A stretch of 56,298 nt of DNA from Seison nebaliae. Taxonomy: Eukaryota. How positions within the stretch are numbered: position 1 is the first letter of the stretch; every line of letters starts with the position of its first letter. Where the stretch lies: NCBI GenBank assembly GCA_023231475.1, contig JALJEE010002868.1:62001-118298 (forward strand), given 5' to 3'. Both the position numbers and the translations under genes were made by a program. This document shows, piece by piece, positions 43,089-56,298 of this stretch. The notes beneath the pieces are model-generated. The model was not told the origin of the DNA. It searched no databases and saw only the letters and a program-made list of their open reading frames with translations.

Positions 43089-45623
43089 TTACACAAATGT
43101 TCCTTTTCTACTGATGTTGTTGTTCTTGTTGGTTTTGGGGTTGGTGGGAGTGGTGGTAGTGGAATCGACAATTTTAATAATTTTCGAACCATTTTTAGTA
43201 TGAGAGTCTGTCGTTCGACGATAAAAATAAAATTCATTTTTTGGATTATTCGAAATTTCATTAATCGATTTCTGTTGTAACATCGACGTTGATTTATGAA
43301 TTGATCGATTGTTCATCGGATTATCCGATTGTTCTTCATTCTTCGTCTCTTCCATCTCCAAATTCCATCCTGTTGTTCTGATGGTTTCCGGACGGTTCTG
43401 ATGGTTGGTGGTGAGTGGAGGAGAAGGAGAGAAATAGGAATTGGGTTTATTGGAAAATGTTTCTAACAATTTCTTCTGACTGGATCCATTATTCTCTCCA
43501 TCATTACAACAATAAATGAATGGATCATTTTTCATATTTCGATTGGTAATAATATCTCCCGATGATTTAGTTGTCATGGAAACATGACGTTTCGCCATAT
43601 TAGCGAAAGTACCATCAGGTTTCATCGTTCGATTATAAGAATTTTTGAACGGTTTAACTTTCGGTGGTAATGATCCAACTAAAAAAGAGGGAGTACTATT
43701 ATTCGTATAAATTTTAGATGACGTCGATGATGATGATATTGTAGTGGTAATGGAAGGAGAGTTGGAAGAAGAAGAAGATGATGTTGTTGTTGTTAATGAT
43801 GTGGTAGTGGTAGTGTTGGTGGATGATGATGATGATGATGATGATGAATAATTATTTGAATTAACGATATTATGATAATTATCATATTTTAACCATAATC
43901 GACGATCTTTTGATGTCGATCGAATTTGTTGGACGTCATTCGATGGATAATTACCACCTTTCAATTCCATATCACTTACATGAGCATTCAATAATTCATC
44001 AATATTTCTGGAAGAGTCTTTCGTTTTGTTTAATCCATTGGCAGGTGTTATATGATCATCGATTGGATGATGATGGTTCGGTTTAAATGGTGAAATATAT
44101 TGATAATTATTCTCATTATCTGACGTGTTGTTGTTCAACGAATTAAATGATTTCAAAATCTTCTTCGTATCTAGACGATTTACACAACTGTGTTGCGTCA
44201 ACAAGAGAAGTTTAGATGGATTTTGGGTAGTTCGATCATCTGTCTCTCTCGTCGTCAAATATCGATTGAGTGTGGTAGAATTGGTAAATTGTCGAGAAGA
44301 AATATCTGATTGATGAAGATTAATGTCGGAAGTGGAACGACACGTTAATTTGGGAGATATGTTCTCGTCATTACAATTCCGAATTGGCAATTCTCTCACC
44401 ATTTTCTTCTGATTGAGATGATGAGATTTCTTCGATATTCCATCAGTCAATGGGAACCATTCATCACATACGATATATTGAAAAGGAGAAGGAATAGAAG
44501 TAGTGGAAGTAGAAGTGATTGAAGAGAAATTTTTTCTTCTCAATTTAATCGTGTTAAATTCATTCAAAAATTTCTTCATCAAATTCTTATAATGTTCAAT
44601 CGCCATTGTTGTTATCAAATATTTTCTATGATATCTAACATATTGTTGTTGTTGTTGTTGTTGGTGTTGGTGTTGTGGTTGTTGTGGTTGTTGTTTATGG
44701 AGAGTTGATGAATCATCTTTCTTTTTCGATTGTTTCGTTTGTCGATTATTATCGAATGAATTTTGTTGTTCGACGACAACATTCTTCCAATCTCCTTCCA
44801 GATTTTTCAAAGAATTCTCAAAGAAACTCTCGTACGAACTGGATATTCGTTGAATGATTTGATTATAGAAATCATAACGATGGTTCTCATTCGCTTGTCG
44901 TTTTCGTTGAGCGATACAAGTAATTATCTTGAAGAAATGAGATGAGATATTCTCCAAATCCTTCTCCATTAAACTCTTCAAACAATTCATATATTTCACT
45001 TTATTATTAGAGACGATTGGAAGTATCATCCGATTGGCAGTGATGGAAGGGACAGTTGTAGTGGTGGTAGTGTTGGAACGATTGAGTTTTGATGATAAAT
45101 TCATTTGGAAATCTTTCTCTAATTTCTTCAATTTATTCATTAATAATTCTTTCTTTGTCGTCTCTGATAAATTATTTATTTGCAATCTCAACAAATATCG
45201 TAACAATTCCATTTTATCGATCAATAAATACAGATCGCTAATCAATTGTTTCGAGGCATTCCTCCAGATACATGTCGTCGACGAATTGGGAAAAACGATT
45301 CGACAAATCGAATGACCACATTTCTCATCAAGTTTAATAATTATCATTGTGAATTTGTTGTGAATGTGAAGTAGTTTAGTTAGAATGACTTCGATATTCT
45401 CATCCGTTTTCATTGATAATCGATTATTTTCTAATTTGGTTTTATTCTCATTAAAAAAATGATATTCTGAACTATCACCATTCTTTTTCTTATTATTATT
45501 ATTATTATTATTGTTGTTGTTGTTGTTGGTTGTGATTTGTTCAACATGACGAACATCACTAATTGTTCGTGATGATCTGATCATCGTATCAGCACGATTC
45601 ATTCGATTATTTATCAATACCAA

Positions 45624-45674
<51 letters not shown>

Positions 45675-48113
45675 GTTATTGTTGTTATTATTGTTGGGAT
45701 GTTGTCGATTATCTGTTGTTCGAAATAAATCATTTTCAATTGTCATCATACCAGTAGCAGATAATGATTTACTAGCAGTTGTCAATCGATTACGAGCATT
45801 ATCGGATGATGATGAGGAAGATGATGAAAGAAAATCATCAAACTTCCGTAATGGAACACCAAGACGATTCTTATTGAAATATTGTTTGACGGGAATGGGT
45901 GGACGTTTAATATTATTTCGTCGTTTCTGTGTTGTCCGAATGTCACTGCCATCAGAAGTGGTACTGAGAGTGGCGGCAGGCGAAGAAATTGATGGTTTCA
46001 TTATCGATCGGATGGTTCTCACTCCAGTGACGAAAGCAGCAGTAGGTGATAAATTGAGATTGGTAGATGATCTAAATAAAATATGATATGATATGATAAT
46101 AATAAGAAGAATTTGAAACTTATCGAGAGATGAATGTCGTTTCAAATGATCTTTATTCTTCTTCTTTCCACCATCTATCTTGTCGATATTAATCGATTTG
46201 TCGTTTAACGACTTCTTCACTTTCTCCAACTTCTTTCTCTTCTTTTCCGATGAATCGGAATTATTGACCATTGTCAATCCTTCACCCAATTGTGTCTTCT
46301 CCGACAATTGAGAATGAAGTGAAGAAAGTGAAGAATTATTACTCAGATTACTCGATGATGTTATCGAACATGATGACGATGATGATATTTGACAAAGTGA
46401 CGAACGAATATTAATTGGAACAGATGAAGACGAATGACGACGATGTTTCTTTATCTCATCATCATCATCATCACCATCGTCAATTTTCTTCTTGTTCTGA
46501 TTGAAGATTGAGGATGAGTTTTTTGTTGAAAGGAAATAATTGTCATTCATTCTCAATCCATTCCTTAAAGGACTGATGGTTTTATGATGGAAATAATTTT
46601 GATTATGATCGTTCACTTGATCGGATGAGATCGTCAATCGATAAATGGTATTGAGATATTGTTGAATAATCGATGATTGATTCTCACTCTTATTAATCAT
46701 TAACAATCGATCATTGATCAATTCGATCGTTTCCTCTTTCTGAATTCGATTTGCCCCAACTATTTGTCTCTCCACTTTAAACTTCCGATTCCTTAACGAT
46801 CTTTTATTTATGAGATTTCCATCAAATTTCTGAGAACGATCAAGTAGAAATTGATGTTGCCAAATTGCCATTGTCCATAAACTCTTACAAATTTCACTAC
46901 TATTCGTATGCCAACTCTTTACTTTTGATAACTGTTGTTGTTGTTGTTGTTGTTGTTGTTGAGGAGATGAAATATTCAATGAAGATTTATTTGTTGATGG
47001 GGTTGTTGTTGTTGATGATGATGATAGATTGATAGTAGAATCAGTAATTGTTGTATTATTAAGAGAATTGGAAGTGTTTAATGACGATTGATTTGATGGT
47101 GTATTCTTCAATTGAATTGAGAATTTCTTATCACAATAATAAATATTCTGTAAATCATCCCATACAAATGATCGTACCGGTGTCAAACGATTTCGTTGTC
47201 CATACACTGAAATGCCATCGATTGATATTCCTAAATATACCGACTTTCGACTCAATATCGACGTGCCCGATTCGCACACATGGAAGAAATGTTCCCCATA
47301 AAATTCAGTTCTTGATAACAATCGGAAGAATCTTCACAAAATAATCATTTTTTAAATGAGAAGAGAAATGGAATGAACTCGATGAATGATTGACCGGTCG
47401 TACGAAGCGCAATAAATTCGGTTGCTATCGACAAAATTTCTCGTTGTTGTACCACAGACAATTTGGGAAGTTTCGAAGTCTTCATCCATCGATGGAGAAC
47501 GCATTTACGTAACTCCTCACTAAATAAGAAAGAAGATAATAATAATAATGATTATATAGAAGATAAAATTAAAATTTTAAATTAAAACTTGGAATCAGAT
47601 CGACAGATAATATGAAGAGCGTTCGCTAATATCTCATTCTCATAATTCTCTGATAAAATCTCTCGCTACAAAAATGGGAAATAATCGAAATAAAGAAAAG
47701 ACAAAAAAAAATGAAGAAAAGAAAACTTTAAGGAACAAATCGAAGAAATGAAGAAAATAAAATTCGATGAATCCAATACATTTCACTTTTGTGATATCAT
47801 CGATGAAATAACTGAAAAATTAAAAAAATTTTTTTTAATAAATTTTTTTTTTTCATTTTATTTCAAATCTCCTTCAAATTCCTTCTAGAAAGAATAATGT
47901 ATGGAGAATTAACCGTATTCTCAATTGTAACGATAAAATTTTTGTTTTTCTTCGACTAATCAATTCGTTGTTGAGGAATGGTTGATCCGGCTCCAACCAA
48001 CAATCATTATGATGATATTCTCTATTGTTATTGTTATCGTCATTTTCTTCAGGATGATTTTCATCTAAATCTTCTTTCTGATTCGTTTCATTATAATCAT
48101 AAACTTTTGATGA

Positions 48114-48144
<31 letters not shown>

Positions 48145-48477
48145 CTGTTAATAGTTTTTAATAATGATAGTAGTAATAATAGTAGTAGAATAGTAGTAGT
48201 AAAAAGAAGAAATTAAAAAAAAAAAAAACTTATGGATGAAAGTGAGTCCAAGATAATGTTGGAATGGAATCATATCATGTTTCTTCGCTATTACACTAAT
48301 CAGTTGATTGGGAGAGTCGTGTGGATGTAATTCATAAATGAAACGTTCATCCTGAAATAATGTTATCTCACAAATTATTATATTCGATTCATCTTCTATA
48401 TTTTTTTTTTGTTGTTGTTGTTGTTGTTGTTGTGATGGTGAAGAATTTTCAGAAATGAAATTCTCTTTCACTTTCAT
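43089..48477 (-). CDS. FRMD4: FERM-domain protein, FRMD4-like; introns 48145-48229, 47812-47913, 47666-47726, 47520-47588, 47332-47378 and probably in-frame 46072-46119
   Basis: FERM N-lobe (YLGL, WLEPDQP, LQLRIRYFIDD), FYGEHFFHV, VYLGISIDGISVY, FVWDDLQNIYYCDKKFSI, KSLWTMAIWQHQFLLDR (FRMD4 signature); C-terminal PDZ-ligand-like GTFV. Confidence 0.88.
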
Positions 48478-49403
48478 AATTAACGAATTTCTTTTATATT
48501 ATTTTCTCTACTACTATGAATCGTTGTCATGTCACAACCGAAAGACGATAACGATAACGATGATGATGATGATAATATTGAAATTAAGAATCAAGAAACG
48601 GAAACATAAAAAAATTTTCAAAATCTCATTTTCCGTTTCAGATGTCTTTCTTCTTTTTTTTCCGATTTTCAAATGGTTGTTAAAAGAAAAAAATTATTAA
48701 ATTATGTTTCGATAAATTTATTCAATTGGGATTGAATCGATCACATCGTGAGTTAATATACAAGACAACATATCTAAAACAACAATAGACTGTTGTTGTT
48801 GAGACGTTTAAAAAGGAAAATAATTCAATTTTTTTTTTAATAATTCCACTCTTCTCTCCAATTGACATCTCCTCAATCCCATCAGACGAACATTCTCAAT
48901 TAATGAGAAATCAATAAAGAAAATTCATTCTCACAATTCCTTTTCACTTCTCTTCGATGATGTTTAAGGTGATGATGTGAGAAGAAAAAATTTCTTTTAA
49001 ATTTCATTTCATAGAGAAATGTGTCTCTTCATTTCGGTGAGTTTTTCATGGTGAAATTTTATCTTGATAAATTTCCCATCCACCTTTCACCTCTTCTCCA
49101 CCTCCAAAAATTGAAGTTGATGGAAATTAAACTAAATTTCAAAACTAAAATTTTGAATGAAAATTCTTCTTCTCTTCCATCTCTTCATATCTCATATTTC
49201 TCTTAAATCTTCTGGAACATTTCCACCTCAACTTTATTTAGGACGACATCAAAATATGTTTTCGTTTATTCACAAAAAAGTTTCATAAATTCATAAAAAT
49301 CTTTGTCCCAAGGGGGATTCTGAATAATAAGAAAAAAAATCAAATTCATTAAACTATCTCGCGACGAGATCAATCCGACATTTCTAATTCGAATGTGAAT
49401 GTG

Positions 49404-52400
49404 ATGGTAAGCATTGGTATTTATCTGTTGATCCTTTTATTAACTCCCTTCATTCGCCCACAAGTTATTCCTTTATAACTTTCCATCATTTCTCTTCTGT
49501 TTCTTTTTATTAATTAGAATTCGCCTCATTTCTGATTGATGAAAAAATTATTTTGAAAATAAAATTTAATTATTTTCTTTTATTTTCTTCTCACAGACGA
49601 CGAATGATGATAGTCAATCATTAGATTTTACTCATTTCTCCAATTCTCCAATTACCGAAAAGTTTCTTCCTCTCTCCAAATTCCATTTGAATAAATTTGA
49701 TAATTCCAAAGAAAATTCTTTCTCATTTCGACGATCGACGGGAAATTGAGTTTAATATCGAATGACAATCCCAGAATTCTTTGGACGTTTGATGGTATTG
49801 CGGATAATACTACCGATTCATCTACATTACTCAATTTGGAATATGTTGATTCAGTTTCATCATTATCATCTTCTTTCTCTTTTTATTTTAACTTATCTTT
49901 TATTTGTTAGTCGAAAGATGGTAAGAGTCAATATATTCTCGCATTAAACGGATCGATTTTCTTTAAAGATGATGATGGTATCTTCAAATTACGCTCATTC
50001 ACTGAGATGAGTAATTTGCATTCCATCTCATCGAATAATCGAAGAAATAATTTGGTGAATGTTGGCAGTTTCACCAAAATAATCATCGCCCTCAATATGG
50101 ATGACGGTAATTTATGTTACATGTGGACGGACAATGGGAAGAGCACATTCAACTATAACGATCAATCGCTGTGTATCCCATTGACATTGTATCGGCAGAA
50201 GATTTTCATGTCAGAGAACAAGAAAAATTTCAATGAGAAATTTTTCAAAGCGAGGTCTCATTTTCACTTTCAATAATACAACCATCCTTCCTTCTCCAAC
50301 TAACAAATCGTAAGAACTATCACTTAAACAGTATTGTGGATGTTTGATTGAAATTATTTTCTCATATTTTTTTTCACTATATTCTAATACTGAATTTTCT
50401 GTCTAAAAACAATTTTCTCAAATTGACATTTTATTGAATTGAAATTGAATTATATTTATTATTCCTTTTTATAGTGTAAGTGAATATGAAATTAACGATT
50501 TACCCTGGATCAATAATCGATCGATTGATTATAGTTTCTCATTATTATTTCATCCACTCCAACTAATTGTGATTGGGAAGGTCATATTCGAATGAGGACC
50601 AATTCAAATACATTTATTGTGGACAACAATTCCATTTCGTTCCAATCACCAGTCACTCGAGTTTGGGAAATGATCGGATATTATCAGAATGAAAAATTAA
50701 TGAATATTTTCAGTAAACAATTAGATCTGTTTCATTGTTTCCACATTTCAAATCCGTATTCGTACGGATATATTGGGAATTATAAGAATATGGAATATTT
50801 AATATTACCAGAAGAAAGAATGAAAGGAAATCTGATAACGGATCGATCGTTTATTAATGAGGAAAAGAAGAATTATATCGAATTGAAAGTATCACCAGAA
50901 GTGATGGAAGAGAAGAATGCGTTGCAGCCAATTTTCGATTTCGATCAAAATTTTCGAAATTTGAAAGAAAACGGAGAAAAAACGGAAATGCCAACAGAAG
51001 AAAATCTCAAGAAGGAGTTAGTTCAAGTGAAGAATTTTTTCCAACAACAACTCTCACTCAATTTGGAGGATATCGACTTTTCTTATTATGTTCTCATTCT
51101 GCTGATGTTCGGGGCGGCGGTTCGATGGATTTATCTTCTCGTCAACGAACGACGGGAACATGATGACGAGTTAAATCGATTTATTAGCGATAAATACCGT
51201 TGTCAATTAGTAGAGATAATTGACGAAGTGAAAACATCAGTTGAAAGAAAAAAATCTTCGACTTCCATTAACGTCGAAAGTTCATCCTCTTCATCAACGT
51301 CATCAGCGAAGAATTCTTCAACAAATGTCTCACCGTCATCGGCGAAGAATTCTGCAACGAATGTCTCATCGTCAAATCTATCGACTAAATCAGCAAATAC
51401 TTCCCGTTTCTGGAATGAATACACTGATTTCCAGGTGTTGGGACAAGGCGGTTACGCCGTCGTTTTTCAAGCAAGAAACCGTTTGGATCAAAGAGAAACG
51501 GCTATCAAACGAATACTTTTAGATAACGAAGACGAAGATAAGGTAACGAGGGAAGTGGTATCATTCGGTCGATTAGTTCATCCGAATGTTGTCGCTTATT
51601 ATCATAGTTGGAAGGAAACAATCAGTTTTGATTATCAAAAACATTTAGAACAACTTTATGCGTTAAATGATAAATTATTACTAGCTACTGATTGTGAGAG
51701 TCAATCATTATATTCCTATACCCAATCCGGTTATTCTGTGGTCGATATGTCCGACGCATCTATCAGGAAAGGTAAGGAACAATTGAAAAAATTGTCCGTT
51801 TCAACGGTATCGTCCGATTTTAAAAATATCGATATCAGCTCATCGTCGTTGGCTATCAGAGATGATAGAAGGATATTTAATAAAGATAAACTCCAATGTA
51901 CCACCACATCCACATTGTCCGATGACATCCCATCCGTTAGTTATTTGTATATTTTGATGGAATTGTGCAATTCGGGAACGTTACGAGATTATTTGGATAA
52001 AGGTAACGAAGTGTTCGTCAATGACGACTATGTCGATTGTTTTATCTTTACCAATCACCAAGTTCGATCACTAATAGAAGTGAAACGAATATTTAAAGAA
52101 ATGTTATTGGGCATCCAATATATTCATAATGAAGGATGTATTCATCGTGACTTGAAACCGTCCAACATTTTCATGCAAAGTAAAGGAAAGATAAAAATCG
52201 GCGATTTCGGTTTGGTTGTGGACGAGAAGGCACGTCCAGATTTAGACCAAACTAAAACAAATAACCAAACTAACAATCTACTGACTGATAATGTCGGAAC
52301 TGAATTATATATGAGTCCCGAACAAGTTCTTATTTAACTTTTTTTTGAAAATATTAAAATTTCTTTTAGAAATGTGGTAGTCGTCAATACGATAACAGTG

Positions 52401-52636
52401 TCGATATTTATGCGGCTGGATTGATATTATTCGAACTCCTACATCCATTCAGAACGTTAATGGAACGACATATCGATTTCTCTCGTTTAAAAACTCAGAG
52501 AACATTACCCGAACCATTTGCTCGACATTATCCTACTTTTTCCCAATTGTTGCTATCAATGGTTCATCATAATTGTAAAGAACGGCCATCAGCCACATCA
52601 ATCCTCAAAGAGATTGATAGAATATTTTTAGTTTAA
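49404..52636 (+). CDS. EIF2AK3: PERK-like eIF2-alpha kinase (signal peptide, IRE1/PERK-type luminal domain, TM helix, kinase); introns 49464-49596, 49662-49711, about 49845/49854-49910, 50255-50474, 52326-52369
   Basis: Signal MVSIGIYLLILLLTP; luminal FLISTIDGKLSLI...ILWTFD; TM YYVLILLMFGAAVRWIYLLV; SRFWNEY, LGQGGYAVVFQARNRLD, AIKRI, YLYILMELC, IHRDLKPSNIF, KIGDFGL, VGTELYMSPEQ. Confidence 0.92.
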
Positions 52637-53294
52637 TCGATTCTTCATAAAATTTCCAAACATTTATTTATAAAACCAATATTCCAAACATAGAATAAAA
52701 TCGAGAAAATATTCTTTTTTTAAATTTATTGTTTAATCCTAATTGGGCAATGAGGAGAGAAAAAGACCGAAACATCGGAAAAGGGTCTTCAACTCGGTGT
52801 GCAGTTTCAAGATAGTTCTCGTCGCTATTCAAACGGGTTTCTTATTTGTGCAATTGAGAAAATTATAGCTTATTTTTAACATTCTTACTGTTAGTCTTAA
52901 ACTTCAAGTCTACTATTTTTCTGGCCTAGCTCTAGGATAATTGTAAGGTTTGCTTCGTTCTGTGATTGATTTTCGTGCAAATTGTTTTACAGACCACATT
53001 AAGCGTCTGATTATAGGAAGTTATCCCGGATGTTTCTCTTTCCTAAAAAAATGATGGCAAATCTAATAATGAAGAGAGCAAGGTGCTTTGTAAAGAGAAA
53101 ATTCGAAGATGCCTTCCGTTTACCAATCGTTTATCATCCATCTTCTTTGTCCGTAGTAGTCGGATATTGATTTTTATTTCTTTTATAATTTTCATAATTT
53201 CCTCTTTTACAGACATCCCCAACCGTCGATCTAAGTCCGAAATAAAATTTATTATTATATAATAATTAAAAATTGCGAAATATAAATTATTACG

Positions 53295-53949
53295 TACAAT
53301 ATATTGGCGAAAAAAGTAAACATCTAAAGGTTGCAGCAAGGGTGTTGTTCCAGAAGGGATAATTTCAATGTCGATGGATTGATTTTGTTTGTGACCTGAC
53401 CAGGAATCAATTACTAGCAATTTTGAGCAATTTGGATTATAATCGATAATGCATTTTTCTACATAATTTTTGAAGATAAAGGATATGGACTTGCCAGATT
53501 TAGTGCACCTTAAGTAAATATTGGATGGTACTTTTAATGATTTCATTACTCTAGGTCCAAAAGTACCGGAACTCTCCTGCAAAACAAGAAGCATTGTGGG
53601 AAGAACAAGTCCACTAATAGCGATAGTCTGTTGGAATTGTATATGAATGCGTTGTTTTTTTTGATGATTGGACAGCCACGAATGTTTTTCTTTTTCCTCT
53701 AATACTCAATGTACGATTACAATGGTTCTCATAATTCAAACCCGATTCATCTGTATTAAGATTAACGGTATTAACATATTTAGGTATTAACGATGCCATT
53801 TTTCTTTGAAAATTATTTATTATTGCAGGGGACAGGTCATTTTGTTGTTTTTTAGTAACAAATTTGATTACTTTCCTGTTAACGATTCTGTTAGTTTTTT
53901 TGAAACGATATAACCACGAATATGACGCACGGAATTTGTTGATTTTCAC
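53295..53949 (-). mobile_element. Decayed pogo/Tigger-family (CENP-B HTH + DDE_1) transposase fragment, frameshifted and truncated
   Basis: FRASYSWLYRFKK (HTH), NTDESG, LLVIDSWSGH and IPSGTTPLLQPLDVYFFRQY, split over ORFs 53614-53949 and 53043-53594. Confidence 0.88.
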
Positions 53950-54354
53950 GTGTCATTCGAGTTAACTGTTCCATTCATCTTCTATATTGAATTGAATGAT
54001 TCATTTGAATGTTTCCCATCGATCAAATTCTACAATTAATGGAATTCCATAAAATTCTTCGGTTGCCGATTGTCCATTGAAATTGAAGATATCTAGTTGA
54101 ACTACAGTTCTCAATTGATCGAAATTCAAGGAAAGTTCGAAGTATCATTCCACTTTCCACGACCATATAATATTCATGATCGATGAACTTTTCAAGAATA
54201 TTCTGCTGTTGTTGTGGTTGTCAGTTGAAAAAATGAAAAATTCTTTCAAATTGTTAATAGAACCAATTGAGTATATTTCCACAATTCTGTCAATTAATAT
54301 ATCACTTAAATAATTATAAAATTTTTTTTTTGAAATGCAGAAAATTAATAAAAA

Positions 54355-56157
54355 TTGCTTATGAATTCCACTGAAGACAAAGAAAATGCCCCATCTCCGT
54401 CAGTTAATAATATTGGGGATGAACAGCATTGTACCACTCAGTCGGTACAAGATAAGTCTCTGGTGGAGGAACCGAAACCCTCTCCAAGAGTTACTCGATC
54501 GACCAATAAAAAGAGAGGTCTCTCTCAAATGCTGTATGATGACCCAGAAGTTCTTCTGGTCAATTTATATGAAGAAATGGAGTCGTTAAAACATGAACTA
54601 TCGACTGTTCGTAGTGACAATGTGTTACTGAAGGATGAAAAGCATCTAAACGTCTATTGACTTCTCTCTCAGCGTGCTCTATGTCGATTGCTGAAAATAT
54701 CAGGATAGATGCTAAGAAGATCAACCTTATCAACCTACGTCGAGCTCTTCACGAATAAAAGTAAAGATAATCAAGTAAAGTCGAAGTTAGAAAAGCAGAA
54801 CGGCAACATCGTATCCACTGTGTGTTCTTCAGTGGGTAATAAGTCGCGGAAGCCAGTTGTGAATAAACAGGATTGGAAAAATGACAATTCTCTTCTAAGG
54901 AAGAAGTTGGAACAAAATGGTAAAAAACGGACGGCGAAGTTGACCGAATATAACGTTCCTCCAATCAATGCGTCATCTCGAAAGAATGAGAACGAGAAGA
55001 TCTCGAATGAGAAAGTTGGGGGAAAATATACTGGTAAAAAGAAAGGAGTTAGAAATGGACAAAAAAAGGTTATTGCGGGTTGCAACTTGTCGTCAGTTAT
55101 TTCAGGTAAAGTACGACCCCCAAAAGTCAAACTCCGATCAAACTCCGGATTATGATATTCAACGTAGCTGCTGACGTTAGCATTGAAAAATTTGGTAACT
55201 TTTTGAAGGAAGAAGGTTTAGACTTCTCAAAATTATGGCGATTAAGACATAAGAAATTTGATAACAGCGAAAGAATCGCTAAACCGTTTATTGTTAGTTA
55301 TGACATAGCATAATCTATCACTCCTATTTACAAAGGACATGGCAAGGATACATCAGAAGTAAATTCTTATCGTCTATTTGTGTTGCCAGTGGATTAATTA
55401 AAATGATCGAGCAAATAATTAAGAACCGATATTCAAAAGAATTATATTCCTCGGAATTTCAATTTGCTTGTCGGGAAAATAATAGAGGAGCTTTACCACT
55501 TCTTCTTCTGCTAAAATTCCTTATATCTTTGTGTCGTTTTCATAATTCGAAATTTGTCTTCTTTTTTATGGACGCATCAAAAGCATTCGATTCTGTCAGT
55601 ATGGAACATGGTATCAAAATACTACGTAATGAGGGAATAGACGAGTACCTTCTTTCTTTTATTAACGAAATCTTCACGAATTCATTCGGTGTAGTTAAGA
55701 ACGGGGCTACGAAATCGAAAATATTCCGCATAAATAAAGGAGTGAGACAAAGCTGCATCCTTGCCTCATGGATCTTTGGGAAAGTGTTGGATGAAATTCT
55801 TATCGAACCTAATCGCTATTCTCATTCAGAATTGGTTCGAACTCGTTTCCGGCTGTTGTTGCATACGCAGATGATATTCTAATATTTTCGAATAACGTAC
55901 GTCAATGTAAAAATATTATTGAATTCATCAATAATCGATTAACTATCGTAGGAATCGCTTGTAATGAGAGTATATCGTCAATTTTGTCGAATATTTCGAG
56001 ATTTCCGATACATTACGACCTAGAGAAGTTGGTGTGTAAGGAAGTGTGTTTCCTGGGATGTCAGATCGACTCGAAGAGAAGAAGTTCAACACTTGTATAT
56101 CGCGTAAGATGTAATTTTCTTAGATCTTTCTACTCCTACCATCATCGGTGTAAATTC
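54355..56157 (+). mobile_element. Decayed non-LTR retrotransposon (LINE): ORF1-like fragments plus frameshifted reverse transcriptase
   Basis: RT motifs QFACR, FMDASKAFDSV, GVRQSCILAS, then AYADDILIF in a shifted frame at 55861 and FLG downstream. The upstream coiled-coil/basic ORFs 54355-55155 resemble ORF1. No endonuclease is visible. Confidence 0.82.
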
Positions 56158-56298
56158 GGGGAGCCGGTAATTGCTCCGAAAGACACTTTCCCCGCGAAGC
56201 ATTTGCCCCGAATGACACTTCCTCCGAAGCATTTGTCCCGAATGACACTTCCCCCGTTTTTTTTCATAAAATTGAAGAAAAAGATTTATAAGATTAAA
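56158..56298. mobile_element. Probable left terminus of another Mutator/foldback-like element; 30-bp tandem subrepeats
   Basis: Abrupt GC-rich start GGGGAGCCGG, then cgaagcatttg(c/t)cccgaatgacacttcc x2 plus a degenerate copy. It truncates the LINE. The other end lies outside the window. Confidence 0.55.

Noticed and set aside
29380..46086. Many antisense or alternate-frame ORFs (e.g. 29710-30072, 36680-36896, 45673-46086)
   Set aside because: Shadows of real genes and trinucleotide repeats
52003..52062. Possible in-frame 60-nt intron (AG|GTAACG...CAAG) in the PERK kinase domain
   Set aside because: The frame is open either way and the segment is not as AT-rich as the other introns; unresolved without RNA data and not counted among the donors
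35351..52636. Functional cluster of ER/Golgi genes (ArfGAP1, RNF5, PERK)
   Set aside because: Interspersed with unrelated genes; no shared regulatory motif seen; compatible with chance

Overview
AT-rich, gene-dense eukaryotic (animal) genomic DNA with many very short introns (mostly 37-75 nt) and abundant (AAT)n/(CAA)n tracts inside coding sequence. I reconstructed about 14 protein genes by hand: a bacterial-type ParA/Soj-family ATPase, transketolase, a small secreted Cys-rich protein, adiponectin receptor, a PX-domain SGK3-like kinase, Sas10/UTP3, a proline-rich protein that I recall from rotifers, a SET1-like RRM protein with no SET domain, ArfGAP1, a small membrane protein, RNF5/185, fumarylacetoacetase, FRMD4 and PERK. 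The window also holds Mutator-like foldback/MITE elements and a cluster of decayed pogo and LINE elements at the right end. A small-genome rotifer or relative is my inference for the host, not something proven here. The most striking signal is the splice donor: about 37 of 40 reconstructed introns begin GTT, none begins with the canonical GTRAG, +5G is rare, and the three non-GTT donors all have exonic AG. This suggests a rewired 5' splice-site recognition system. The next most notable items are the intronless, remodelled bacterial ParA gene and the SET-less SET1-like gene.
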